Assembly (NCBI GenBank): GCA_964016885.1
Contig: OZ024755.1
Span: 32,364,001-32,428,000, forward strand
DNA length: 64,000 bases
Direction of reading: 5' to 3'
Origin: Eledone cirrhosa
Taxonomy: Eukaryota
The translations under genes were made by a program, and so were the position numbers. Below, in pieces: positions 52,297-63,920 of this stretch (position 1 is its first letter; each line of letters begins with the position of its first letter). The notes under the pieces are model-generated. The model did no database searches. It was given only the letters and a program-made list of their open reading frames with translations, and had not been told where the DNA came from.

Positions 52297-52882
52297 TTCA
52301 TGAGTGATGGAATGCAGGAGGCTGAATTAAGTGCAAGAATTGCAAAAGCTGATGCAGCAATGCGCCAGCCTCAGCAATCAGATGAAGGGGGTAGGTGTAA
52401 AAGCCAAACTGTCTTCCTGGTATTCCTGCCAACTGTTACCACTGAGGATCATGAATCTTGAGTAATGACCAAAATAATGCAATTGCAAATAAAAGTGGCA
52501 GAAATGGGATTCCTCCGAAGGGTCTTTGGAGTAACGTTACTCGATAAAGTGCATAACTCAGAGACCAGAGAGTCACTCCTGGTAGAGCCGCTACTTCTCT
52601 GAATTGAGAGATCACGACTCCGATATTATGAGCATGTGGTTAGAATGTTTCAGTAAAGAATCTCTGAACACATTTTACAGGCAAAACCAAACGGCAAGGG
52701 ACCCAGAGGTAGACCCTGAGCAAGATAGTTGGATAACATCCATGAGCTTGGCTGGTCACGCTTTGGGATCCAGCTGGATCAGTTAGAGATGTTTGCTACT
52801 GACAGACTCCCTGGAAGGAGTGTTTGAGAAGGACTCTGCCCCCACGACCCTCTCAGAAATAAGTGGGTGAAGAAGAAGAAGA
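52297..52882 (+). pseudogene. Decayed RTE (family RTE-c) ORF C-terminus with (GAA)n tail
   Basis: With stops and frameshifts: FMSDG..EAELSARIAKA, AEMGFLRRVFGVTLLDKV, IERSRLRYYEHVVRM, GKGPRGRP. Confidence 0.8.
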
Positions 52883-53002
52883 TATTGTCAATTTACTTTT
52901 CAATTTAAATATGACATTTAAATATGACATCTAAACCCATGCTAGCATGGAAGATAGACATTAAACGATGATGCTGATGATGATGGTGGTGATGATGATG
53001 AT

Positions 53003-53078
53003 GATATTTGCGTATAATACCAATATGCACACTACATATGCTAGCAGAAAAACTGCCCTTGGGCGGTTTTTCTGCTAG
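53003..53078 (+). mobile_element. Helitron 3' end, same family as 12284-12769
   Basis: Hairpin CTGCCC-TT-GGGCGG then CTAG|T; upstream sequence matches the reverse complement of 12321-12360. Confidence 0.65.
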
Positions 53079-53427
53079 TATATATAAAAAGGACAAAAAA
53101 CTACTATGTTGGAATAGACAGAGAATATGACAACTATGTCAGTATAGATATGGAATGAGAATGAAGCATGTGAGATAGACGAAAAGTTGATGTAATAATG
53201 TAGTATGGTAGAAATAGAGCAAGGATAATTTAGGATGTAATAGTTAAGCCTTAGGTTAGAGAATGGTGGGCTTCACAGATAAGAAGACAGGATAGATATG
53301 GTGGATGAATGCTATATCGAAGATCTGTCAAAACTCATGCTGACATTCAGTAACAATGACAAAGATGAACATTATTTGGTCCAGTCTAGCTTCCAGTGGA
53401 ATTTGAGCCATAAATGAAGTTATTTGT

Positions 53428-53655
53428 TTAACCTGTTAGCATTTAAACTGGCCATATTCTGCCAGAATTCTCTCATCTCTTTCTATTCAAACTGGCTGTA
53501 AGTAGCCACTCATACTGATGTTAAGCTATTGTTCTCAAAATAAATAATATCAAAATCTCATAGATTCGATATTATGTGAGATAATTCTGTGAAATAAAGT
53601 GTTTACCATGAAAATATAATAGTAAATATAGAGTAATGTAAATACTAAAGTATTA
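53428..53655 (+). mobile_element. Family M MITE monomer (degenerate TIRs)
   Basis: Matches 39340-39554. Confidence 0.75.
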
Positions 53656-53787
53656 ATTCTGTTCAATATGATCATGAGATTAGTCCAGTTTTATTGCTAG
53701 TAGTGGAATTGGAGCCATAAATGAAGTTAACTGCTTAATTCTTTTCAGTATGGTGATGAGATAAAATGTATTTTAGCAACAGTAATA

Positions 53788-54105
53788 CATGCTTCCTGAA
53801 ATATGCCAAAACTACATCTGATGTACCCCTTCCATACACATGCACACATGTGTGTATCATGACTCGTGCACTGTTTATTTTACTGATGTTTGTGCATTGC
53901 TCTATGTACTGTACATGCACTTTTTGATGAGTTGTGGTGCACCTGGGCACTGTACACAATATTTCATTATTATTATTATTATTATTATTATATCATGACT
54001 CATACACTGTTCATTTTCCTGACATTTGTACATTATTCTATGTACTATACATGCACCTTTGATGAGTTTTAGTGCACCTGAGCACTGTACACAATAATTT
54101 CACTA
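53788..54105 (+). mobile_element. Two tandem CR1 3'UTR fragments; another on the minus strand at about 54635-54770
   Basis: Match the CR1 3'UTRs at 36.1 and 48.7 kb. Confidence 0.75.
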
Positions 54106-56032
54106 TATATATATTATATGATGAATGCATTTAGAGAAGCCAAACATAATTTCGATTTTGAAATATCTGTTGCCATCATTTAAATTTGTTTTACTCCTGA
54201 TGGATTTGTAGGGTCATAGGGACATCCTAGTGACATGCATTTTAAACCTGGTGGAGCTTATCCCCCCCCCCCCCCCCTGAAGTTTGAATATAACTGATTT
54301 CTGAGAAAGAGAGTAATAATGAGTTTCTTTTGTCAATAAAAAGGGCTGGTGAAGCACTATAGCGTTGTGTGTTGTATTCCTTTAGGGTTTACCAGCTACA
54401 TAGCCTATTCGTTAAATAAACCAGGAAATAATTTGACTGGCAAAACTATAAAATCCTAAACAGTTACTTGTATTTATAGTATAGTTAGTATGCATTTCAT
54501 TCCTAAAATATGCTTTGTATGTAGTTTGCTCATCTTGAAGAGGTACAATGTCTGTTGTATTTCTTGCACTGTATTGTTCTGTCTTGGTGTATTCATTTGT
54601 TAGAATAGAGACAGTTATTTTGTATTTGTTTCATAATAATGAAATAATAACGAAAATTATTGTGTACTGTGCTCAGGTGCACTACAACTCATCAAAGGTG
54701 CATGTAGAGTACATAGAATAATGTACAAATGCCAGGAAAGTGAACAGTGTATGAGTCATGATATACACACAGATACAAGCATACATAGATTCGATATTAT
54801 GTGAGGTAAGGCCTTTACCATGAAAATATAATAGTAATGTAAATGGTAAATGGTTAGGAGTACGCGTGTCGGTGGAATGCTCAGCCTCTTGCACGTTAAT
54901 TTCACAAACAGGCTGTTCCATTGAGCGGATCAACTGGAACGCTCATCTTCGTAACTAATGCAGTGCCAGTCAGCCAATCTCATAACTGCTACTTTATTTT
55001 ATCGACCTCACAAAGATGAAAGACATAGTCAACCATGGCAGGATTTGAACTCAAAACATAAAGAGTCATAACCAAATACCAGATGGTATTTTGTCTGACT
55101 TTGCCAATCCACCTCCCTCAGATGATTAATAATTTCAAAAGAGAGCACAAGAAATAACAAAATATAGTGACTGTAATGGCAATGGTATTAGTTAAATACT
55201 GTTTTTTTTATTCTTATTCTTAGCTGGAAGGGCAGCCTCCAGGATCTTTTAGGGGTCTTCTGAAGCTAAGGAGAGGGAGGAAAGAAGTTGTTTTTTATAT
55301 CAGAGGCCAAGCCTGAAGGCTTTCAATGGAATGGAATAGAAATGGCTCCAAGGTTTTGGATATAATTCGTTCATCTACAAGGTAAGGAAAACCATGAAAA
55401 GAGAGGAATTGGGAAAAAAAAGTTACAAAAAAACAAAACAAAAAAAAAACGGAAATGAATGAAAAGAAAAGAAAAAATGGAAATATAAAAGATATAAAAA
55501 TCATTAAAGGGCAGAAAAAATATTCCCCTGTAGCCTACATGAGTGCTATAGAATATGGCAGAATAGGTTAGAATGGCTTTTCAGCTGTTGAAGGGTGACA
55601 ACAGCACTGATAAAATTTTAGACATGTTAGATGTGTGTGTGTTTGTGTGTATATATGTGTGTGTGTGTGTTTGTATTTGTGTGTGTGTTTGTGTCTGTAT
55701 GTGTGTGTGTTGATAATATATATAAGTGTGTATATCAAAATTATAGCAAGTATGTTTCAGCTACATGTGTGTATGTTGTTATTTAAAAAAAAAAAGTTTG
55801 CGTGTTCTCTTATTTTGTTGTGCATAGCATATCTAAGGATACAGTAAGTCAATGTGAAAGTTGAACGTGTGAGTCACTCATGCATGTGTGCTAAGGATGT
55901 TTGTGTATATGTGTGATAATACATAGCTGTATACAATAAAGAGGTGCTGCATTACCATATCATACATGGGACAAACCTTGTGTCTGTGTGTATATATATA
56001 TATATATACATTATAAAAAAAGAAGAAACAGT

Positions 56033-56463
56033 CATCATCATCATCATTTCATTTTACGTCTGCTTTTCCCTGCTTGCAAGGGTGGGAGGGGAACTGATTC
56101 TGGCTTGATTTCTACAGCTGGATGCCCTTCCTAACACCAACCTCATTTACAGTGAGTGCTGGGTACTTTTTTGCCGTGGCACCTCCACGACCACTTTACA
56201 GTGGAATGATAGGGACCCCAGTCCTTATCATCTCATTTCTACAGCTGAGTAAACTGAGTAAACATTAGATATATATAATTGTTTCTACTTTAGGCACAAG
56301 GCCAGCATTTACCCAGTACATTACTGGTACTTTATTTTATCGACCCCGTAAGGATGAAAGGCAAAGTCAACCTCGGCGAGATTTGAACTCAGATCGTAAA
56401 GGGACGTAACTATGCTGGAAAGCATAGCGTCCGATCCTCTACCGATACTGCCAATCCACCGCC
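56033..56463 (-). mobile_element. Partial SINE-C (56033-56255) followed by full SINE-B (56276-56463)
   Basis: Consensus matches. Confidence 0.85.
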
Positions 56464-56740
56464 ATTAGATATAATTAATAAGATATACCATACCCAAACT
56501 CCTTCATTACTCCTCGACTACGTAGTTTCGTGGCATATTATGCCAAAACACTACATCATAGAGATACAGAATTTCTTATTAATTATATCTAATGTTTCTT
56601 CTCTCTTTGTAATGTATTATATAGCTCTGATACTGAGTCAATCTAATCCATTTGGATTATTTTGTCCCAGTTATTCATAGAGCAACAACGGTTGAGGTTG
56701 GCACCACAAATTCAGGGATATATGTGAATATATTCATTTA
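56463..56740 (+). mobile_element. Fold-back element family H5 with an antisense hammerhead 3' half
   Basis: 21-bp IR (56463-56483 / 56574-56594). The minus strand reads TGGCAT-AAT-ATGCCA-CGAAAC-TACGTA-GTC. Confidence 0.5.
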
Positions 56741-57341
56741 TATGTATGTGTTCGCGTGTATCTGTGTATTTCTTTATATTGTGTATATATATATATAATG
56801 AGTGAGAGAGAGAGAGAGAAAGAGAGAGATTCCTTCCATATACCATACTGATTGTGTTGTTATTTCTGTTTACCTTTTACATATATATATATATGTGTGT
56901 GTGTGTGGTGTGTGTGACACAAAAACAAGATGGTGTAGGACAGAACAAAGGAGAGACACAAATTAAGAAATCAGTCACTGAGGAGGTCACACAATGTGTG
57001 ATGAAAGAGCTTTGACAATATATAAACGACCATCCAGTTATCGAACCAACCAACTGGAAATTTATAATAATTGAAGTGAAAACCAACAGGTGCATGTGTT
57101 TATATTGGCAACATGACCCTCCCAAAGTACAACATTATCTGTTTCAACACACGTTTTCAGATAAGAAATCTTGCAAAACAAATTCAAAAACGAAATATAT
57201 ATATATATATATATATATGTAGGAGGTGAGTTTTATTGTAGTACAATAAAGCAATGCAGATATCGGATAAGAAGCACTCAACAGTTTGTTGATTTAAAAC
57301 TGCACTATCCACAAGTGTTTTTTTAACCTTCATATCATGTC

Positions 57342-57423
57342 TTCCTGTTTTATCTGATGAAAACACAAATATTATTGCATGATGATATTTGTTTTTGAAA
57401 TGCGCATAATAAAATACATGGAA
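57342..57423 (+). ncRNA. Minimal type I hammerhead ribozyme, family H2 (predicted cleavage after A57408)
   Basis: Stem I UGUUUUAU/AUAAAAUA (plus UUCC/GGAA); CUGAUGA at 57354-57360; 15 of 16 bp stem II with a 4-nt loop; GAAA at 57397-57400; perfect palindrome AUGCGCAU as helix III; AUA triplet. Confidence 0.78.
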
Positions 57424-57649
57424 CTCTTTTAACCATCTTTTGTTCTTATATATTATATATATATATATATATATAAATATATATACACCCAGGGAGTATA
57501 ACGGGAAGTCACTGTAGGTTCACCCAGGTCAGCAGTTGAGTCAGCCCAGATCGATACAGATCGAACCTTGAGTTGATCAATAGCGAAACTCGCATCACCA
57601 ATCAATAAATGTAATGAAGGCTTAATCCTTGTATTATATATATATATAT

Positions 57650-57880
57650 ATGTGAATCCGAAATATATAGGGACAATTAAATTGTCCCTATATATTTTGG
57701 ATTCACATCCATCAACTGGGGTTTTTTTCTGGGTGTCCTCCGCTGTTCGTTGTTTTGAATATTCAAAACAACCAACAGCGGAGGACACGTTTCGCACCTT
57801 TCCGACAGACCCCCCCCCCCCCGCGGAAAAAAACCCCAGTTGATGGATGTGAATCCGAAATATATAGGGACAATTAAATC
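57650..57880. repeat. Compound fold-back (direct, inverted, direct) with an internal 56-bp palindrome and hammerhead-like motifs
   Basis: ATGTGAATCCGAAATATATAGGGACAAT at 57650 and 57847, inverted at 57681-57708; palindrome at 57733-57788. Confidence 0.75.
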
Positions 57881-57893
57881 TCTCCCAAGGTAA

Positions 57894-58020
57894 CTCTTTC
57901 TCGTGTTGATATCCACTGGTCTGTTGGAGATGCAGGACGTGGCAGCGATAATGAGGGACAGAGACCGCTGGAGAGAACTCGTCCATGGATCTCGGGAATT
58001 TTACCTGCCCTAGATAGATA
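57894..58020 (+). mobile_element. RTE-like LINE extreme 3' end with (TAGA)n tail
   Basis: LEMQDVAAIMRDRDRWRELV resembles the DR..WR terminal motif of RTE ORFs. Confidence 0.5.
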
Positions 58021-58030
58021 TATATTATAT

Positions 58031-58252
58031 ATATTTATTAAAAAAACAGATTAAAGTTTAAGCAAAGAATCGCTGCTTTCACCCGTAACGGGATCTTCAG
58101 AAGATCCCATTAAGGGTGAAAGCATCGATTCTTTGCTTAAACTTTAATCTGTTATTTTAATAAATATTTGTTCTACGGTTCTTATATATTTGATATATAG
58201 TTATCCTTATCGAGGCCTCTTTGGATTTTAGTCTTCCAATTTATTATTACTA
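58031..58252 (+). mobile_element. Fold-back element family H4 centred on a CTGAAGA core
   Basis: IR at 58031-58167 with its centre at GATCTTC-AG-AAGATC. The minus strand reads CTGAAGA-T-CCC-GTTAC-GGG-T-GAAA. Copies at 19.8 and 22.5 kb. Confidence 0.6.
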
Positions 58253-58371
58253 TATATATATTATAAATGTATAGATAGATATATAAAACACACCTGGTAC
58301 ACACGTTGAAGTGTTTGGCAATATATTTATATATATATATATATATATATTTATTTATATATATATTTATT

Positions 58372-58402
<31 letters not shown>

Positions 58403-58431
58403 ATATATTTATTTATATATATATTTATATT

Positions 58432-58464
<33 letters not shown>

Positions 58465-58480
58465 ATATATATTTATTTAT

Positions 58481-60684
58481 ATCATCATCATCATCATCAT
58501 CATCATCAGGTTTAGCGTCCGTGTTCCACGCTTGCATGGGTTTGGACGGGGGTTTTCCCACTTGAGGCAAGAGTGGTTGTCTTGCTCGCATAGGACTGTC
58601 TGGCGGGTTTTCTACAGTTGGATGCCCTTCCTAACACCAACCACATTTACAGTGTGGGGCTGGGAGGTTTTTACCGTGTTGCATACACGGCCACATTACA
58701 GCGTGGACTGTCTGGCGGGTTTTCTACAGCTGGATGCCCTTCCTAACACCAACCACATTTACAGTGTGGGGCTGGGAGGTTTTTACCGTGTTGCCTACAC
58801 GGCCACATTTACAGCGTGGACTGTGTGTTTTTTGTCGTGACACCTACACGATCTCATTTGTTTCGGCCTGGATGTTGTGGGACCAACATAACTTTACATT
58901 GAAAGGGGCGGTGTGGGTGGGGTGGAGGTGGTGGGAGGGGGGGGGGTGTTTTGATAGAGGTGCCTACTGACTGTAGTAGGTTTTTACTTTGTATTTAGGT
59001 AAGGCGGGTCTTCTCTATTACTGAGTACCGCCAAAGGTCTCGGTCCAGTGACATTGTCTTGGAGAGGTGTAAGCGTGTGAGGTCGGAATTTATCAGCTCG
59101 TCCCATGTTTTTCTGGGTCTGCCTACTCCGTGGCTACCGTCTATCTTTATTGCCCTGCACTTTGTTATACAGCTGTCGTCTTTCATGCGCATCACGTGAC
59201 CGTACCAACGTAGCCTTCTCTCGAGTAAACAACATCTGATCCCTCTTATTTCTAATTTTTTTCCTTAGTTCGTTTATGCTTTGCCGTTCACGTATATTAC
59301 TATTGCACATCCAGCGGAGCATGCAAGCTTCGTTCCTCTCTAGTCTGCGTATATCCTCTGCACACAATGCCCAGGTCTCACTGCCATGCAGCATTGCTGT
59401 TCGTATGCAGGCATCGTATAACCTGCCTTTCATTTTTAGGGAGAACCCTCTAGCGGCTAATAGTGGTATAAGCTCTCTGAACTTTTTCCATCCAGTTCTG
59501 ACTCTAGCTACGGTACTTTCAGAGCACCCTCCCCCACTGCTGATTTTGTCACCCAGATAACGGAAGCTGTCCACTATTTCTATAGAACCCTCTGCGCAGT
59601 TGAAGGAGCTAGTATTTTGTGGGCACTTGCTGCTACTTATTGCACCAGAGCACCGGCCACATGTAAAATCTATGTTCTTAGTTAGCTTACCTGTGATCCC
59701 ACTACATCTTTTATGCACCCATACTTTGCATTTGGGACATAAAATGGAGTTTCTACCTACGCCTTTCCTACACACTGAGCATGGCCATTTCCCCGATGGG
59801 ACCGCCGCCTTATTTTCTTTCCTACAAACTAGAACTTTAGTCTTAGCCAGGTTAATTTTAAGGCCTTTTGATTCTAGGCCGTGCTTCCACGTTTGGAATT
59901 TCTTCTCTAGTTCGGTCATTGATTCAGCTATGAACGGGGGACTCTGTCGAAGGCTTTCTCCAAGTCGACAAAAGCTAAGTATAGGGGTTTACTTTTAGCT
60001 AGGTACTTCTCCTGTAGTTGTCGTACAATGAAAAGAGCGTCTGTGGTACTTTTGCCTGACACAAACCCGAACTGCATTTCATCTAGATCAATTCTCTCTC
60101 TGATTAGTTGCGCTATTACTTTTTCCGTGACCTTCATGACCTGGTCGATTTATTTAATGCCTCTATAGTTACTCCTATCTAGGGCATCTCCTTTTCCCTT
60201 ATAGCAGTTAACGATGATGCTGCTACGCCATTCCTTCGGAACAACCCCATTCTGTACGACTTGGTTAACTATCCGGGTGACCATGGTGTATCCCACCGAA
60301 CCAGATGCCTTCAGCATCTCAGCAACTATTTCCGAAGGCCCAGCCGCCTTACCCGTCTTCATATCTTTGATTGCCTTACTTATTATACTACCTTCAACTA
60401 ACACTGCTGGTCCCTCTATTGGATCGATCTGGGGGAGACTGTCTTTCTCCCATTTGTTCTCCTCATTTAGAAGCCTTTCGTAGTGACACTTCCAAGCTAC
60501 CTTCTTATCAGCGTCGGTGATGGCAAGTATGCCATCATCGTTAAGTACACACTTCTCCCCGACAATATCACGGTTTTCCTTGACACATTGCCTGGCAATC
60601 CTGAACACCTCACGTTTTTGGTCCTCACGTTGTAGAACATGCTTGAACTTTCTTTCCTCTGCTTCCCTTCTTGCGAAGTACACT
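58481..60684 (-). mobile_element. 5'-truncated RTE-a LINE (2.2 kb), disrupted ORF with partial RT, PHD-like finger and C-terminus
   Basis: KMKTGKAAGPSEI-like segment, YKGKGD...NYRGIK, QFGFVSGKSTTDALF, FVDLEKAFDRVPR, GLKINLAKTKV, FRYLG, GRPRKTW. Frameshifts near 60150 and 59260; 3'UTR and (TGA)n tail. Confidence 0.95.
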
Positions 60685-60698
60685 ATATATTTATTTAT

Positions 60699-61008
60699 AT
60701 CATCATCATTTTACGTCCGCTTTTCCCTGCTTGCAAGGGTGGGACGGTAACTGATTCTGGCTGGATTTCTAAAGCTGGATGCCCTTCCTATAACCAACCT
60801 CATTTACAGTGAGTGCTGGGTGCTTTTTTGCCGTGGCACCTCCACAACCACTTTGCAGTCCTATCATCTCATTTCTACAGCTGAATAAACTGGAGCAATG
60901 TGAAATAAAGTGTCTTGCTCAAGGAAACAACACATCACCCGGTCTGAGAATTGAACTCACAACCTTTTGATTGCAAGGCCAATGCTCTAACCACTAAGCC
61001 ATGTGCCT

Positions 61009-61009
<1 letters not shown>
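60699..61009 (-). mobile_element. SINE family C (internal hairpin deleted)
   Basis: Consensus match lacking the 3' arm of the GGGAC/GTCCC hairpin. Confidence 0.85.
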
Positions 61010-61010
<1 letters not shown>

Positions 61011-61068
<58 letters not shown>

Positions 61069-61131
61069 ATTTATATATATATTTATATATATATATATTT
61101 ATATATATATATTTATATATATTTATATATA

Positions 61132-61196
<65 letters not shown>

Positions 61197-61301
61197 ATTT
61201 ATATATATATATTTATATATATATATTTATATATATATATTTATATTTATATATATATTTATATATTTATATATATATATATTTATATATATATTTATAT
61301 T

Positions 61302-61350
<49 letters not shown>
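61011..61350. repeat. (TA)n/(TTTA) microsatellite
   Basis: Direct reading. Confidence 0.95.
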
Positions 61351-61360
<10 letters not shown>

Positions 61361-61939
61361 ATACATATATACGCACCGGTATCTGTGAGGCACATTATTT
61401 ATTTATGCAAATATTATTATTCAAATATACCAGATCTCAAGCAACATTCTGTTTTCTTTATTATTTATAACCAAAAGGAATGAAAAACATGTCAAACAGA
61501 GATTTTCTATATATTTGGGGGTGTTTTTTTTGCTGTAATGTTAAAGTGTGCGTGTGTGTGTGTTTGGAGAGGAGGGGTGGGTACAGAATAACATCTTAAG
61601 GCTATCCACAGAGATGATTCTGGCAGAATATTGCAGAATAAAAGAACTAAAGGCTCTAATGATAGCTAAAATGTCAAGAACTTATAACGTGAAAAGAAAA
61701 TTCCCCAAATAGATATAGCACTCAACAATAATATTCTAAAGAATGACAGAGAACTATCATGTCTGTCAAATCCATAGATGTTCCAGTTCTATGATGGAAT
61801 TAAAATAGTTCAATTGCCTGCAATACCCATGCTCCATATTGAACTTTTTAACCTCTTTTGACTCATGAAATTCTGTTAAGAGCACTTGTAACTTTAATTG
61901 AGATATATATACTATGTTTCTCTGCTGATAGTGAAATCT

Positions 61940-62159
61940 TACATTTACATTACTCTATATATACTATTGTATTTTCATGGTAAAGGCTTTATCTTACATA
62001 ATTACCTCACATAATATCAAATCTATGAGATTCTGATATTATTTATTTTGAGAACAACACCTTAACATTAGTATGAGTGGCTGATTACAGCAGGTTTGAA
62101 CAGAAAGAGGTGAAAGAATTCTGGCTGAATATGGCCAGTTTAAATGCTAAAGGCTTAAA
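61940..62159 (-). mobile_element. Family M MITE monomer
   Basis: Matches the consensus; one TIR degenerate. Confidence 0.75.
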
Positions 62160-62440
62160 CATTATTGATCACATGATGTCTAGCAAAATTGTACAAAGCC
62201 AGTTTGTTATTCAAATTCCATTGAGATTAACTTTACTTTTCATCCTTACGGGGTCGATAAAATAAAGTACCAGTAATGCACTGGGATAATTGCTGGCCTT
62301 GTGCTAAAAGTTTGTTATGTATAAAGCAATATTATTTCCATATCATATGTATTTACATATAAATGTACAACTAAATTTGGTGTAAAACCTGCTAAATTGA
62401 TTGAATAGCAGGACATCACTTTCTTGTAGAAAAAAATATA

Positions 62441-62633
62441 TAATTGTTTCTACTTTTGGCACAAGGCCAGCAATTACCCCAGTGCATTACTGGTACTTTA
62501 TTTTTATCGACTCCGTAAGGATGAAAGGCAAAGTTAACCTTGGCGGGATTTGAACTCAGAATGGCAAGGGCCGTAACTCTTTGCGTCAAAGCATGGCGTC
62601 CGAGCCTCTACCGACACTGCCAATCCACCGCCC
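62441..62633 (-). mobile_element. SINE family B with TSD CTTGTAGAAAAAAATATAT; partial plus-strand copies at about 62210-62310 and 62670-62750
   Basis: TSD at about 62423-62441 and 62633-62651. Confidence 0.88.
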
Positions 62634-63671
62634 TTGTAGAAAAAAATATATGACAGCATTATTACTCTAATCCTTACGGGGTCGATAAAATAAAGTACCA
62701 GTAATGTACTGGGATAATTGCTGGCCTTGTGCCAAACGTAGAAACAATTGTTACTCTAATTTGATTGTAGATTTTCATAGCAGCAGTGATCATTGGCCAC
62801 TGCTGACTCCAAGTCGGTTGACTACAACTGCCTATCATGGCTTTCTGCTACTCCCTCATACCTATTTGCTCACCTTGTTAGCCTCTATCTCTCTCTTTCA
62901 TCTTTACATAGCTCTCAATATATGCCACCACAATTCACACACTTTATTCTGTTCAGTCTTTCACATTATTCATCTCTATGTAAAAATTTGTAGTCTACAA
63001 TCGCTGCTTTAATCAATTTGATCGTTATTTTGTTAGCCTCATGATTTCAACAAATCCTCTTTAGATTTGAATGTAGTTTTAAATTTGATATTTGACAAAT
63101 AAATAACTCTATTTTATGCAACAAATGATTTCTTTATCTCCGTTCACTTTGTGTTTGCTTTTTGTCAAAATCTAAATTAAGTGAATATGGATGAAATGAA
63201 GCTTTTCCAAGAACTCTCACACATGCTGGCAGCCATGTACTCATTACAGAGTTACAATTGAATCAACTCCTCACGGTAAGATACATTGAATTTATCACAA
63301 TATAAATCTTACAGTCACATTTTCTTCATATTTCATTTCATATTCATTTTACATGCAGTAAAGTGACACACATGCTTGCATGTACAAACACACTCTCACA
63401 TACACACAAACACACAAACATACACATACATAACCACACTTTATATATGATGGGCTTCCTTAAAGTTTCTGTCTACAAAATTCAATTAGAAAGCATGGGT
63501 TTGCCTGATGCTATAGAACAAGATACTTGCCTAAGGAGCTGTACAATTGGGTGGAATCTGAAATCATGTGGTTGCAAAGCAAGAATCTAAACCACACAGC
63601 CATACCTATGTTAGTAGTATCAAATATCATTTTTAAATATTTTCACAAGCAGGAAAAAGTGTAAATAGAAG

Positions 63672-63920
63672 TCATCATCATCATCATCATCGTTTAACAT
63701 CCATCTTCCACGCTAGCATCGGTTAGACGGTTTTGTCCCACTTGAGGCAAGATTGGTCAGGAGACCGTTTCTCGCTTGTATAGGACTGTATCTGGCAGGT
63801 TTTCTACAGCAGGATGCTCTTCCTAACACCAACCACATTTACAGTGTGGACTGGGAGCTTTTTTACCGTGTCTCCTACATGACCACTTTCTTTATAGCGT
63901 GGACTGGGTGCTTTTTGTGT
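63672..63920 (-). mobile_element. RTE-3'UTR-derived fragment with (TGA)n tail
   Basis: Matches the RTE-a 3'UTR. Confidence 0.8.
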
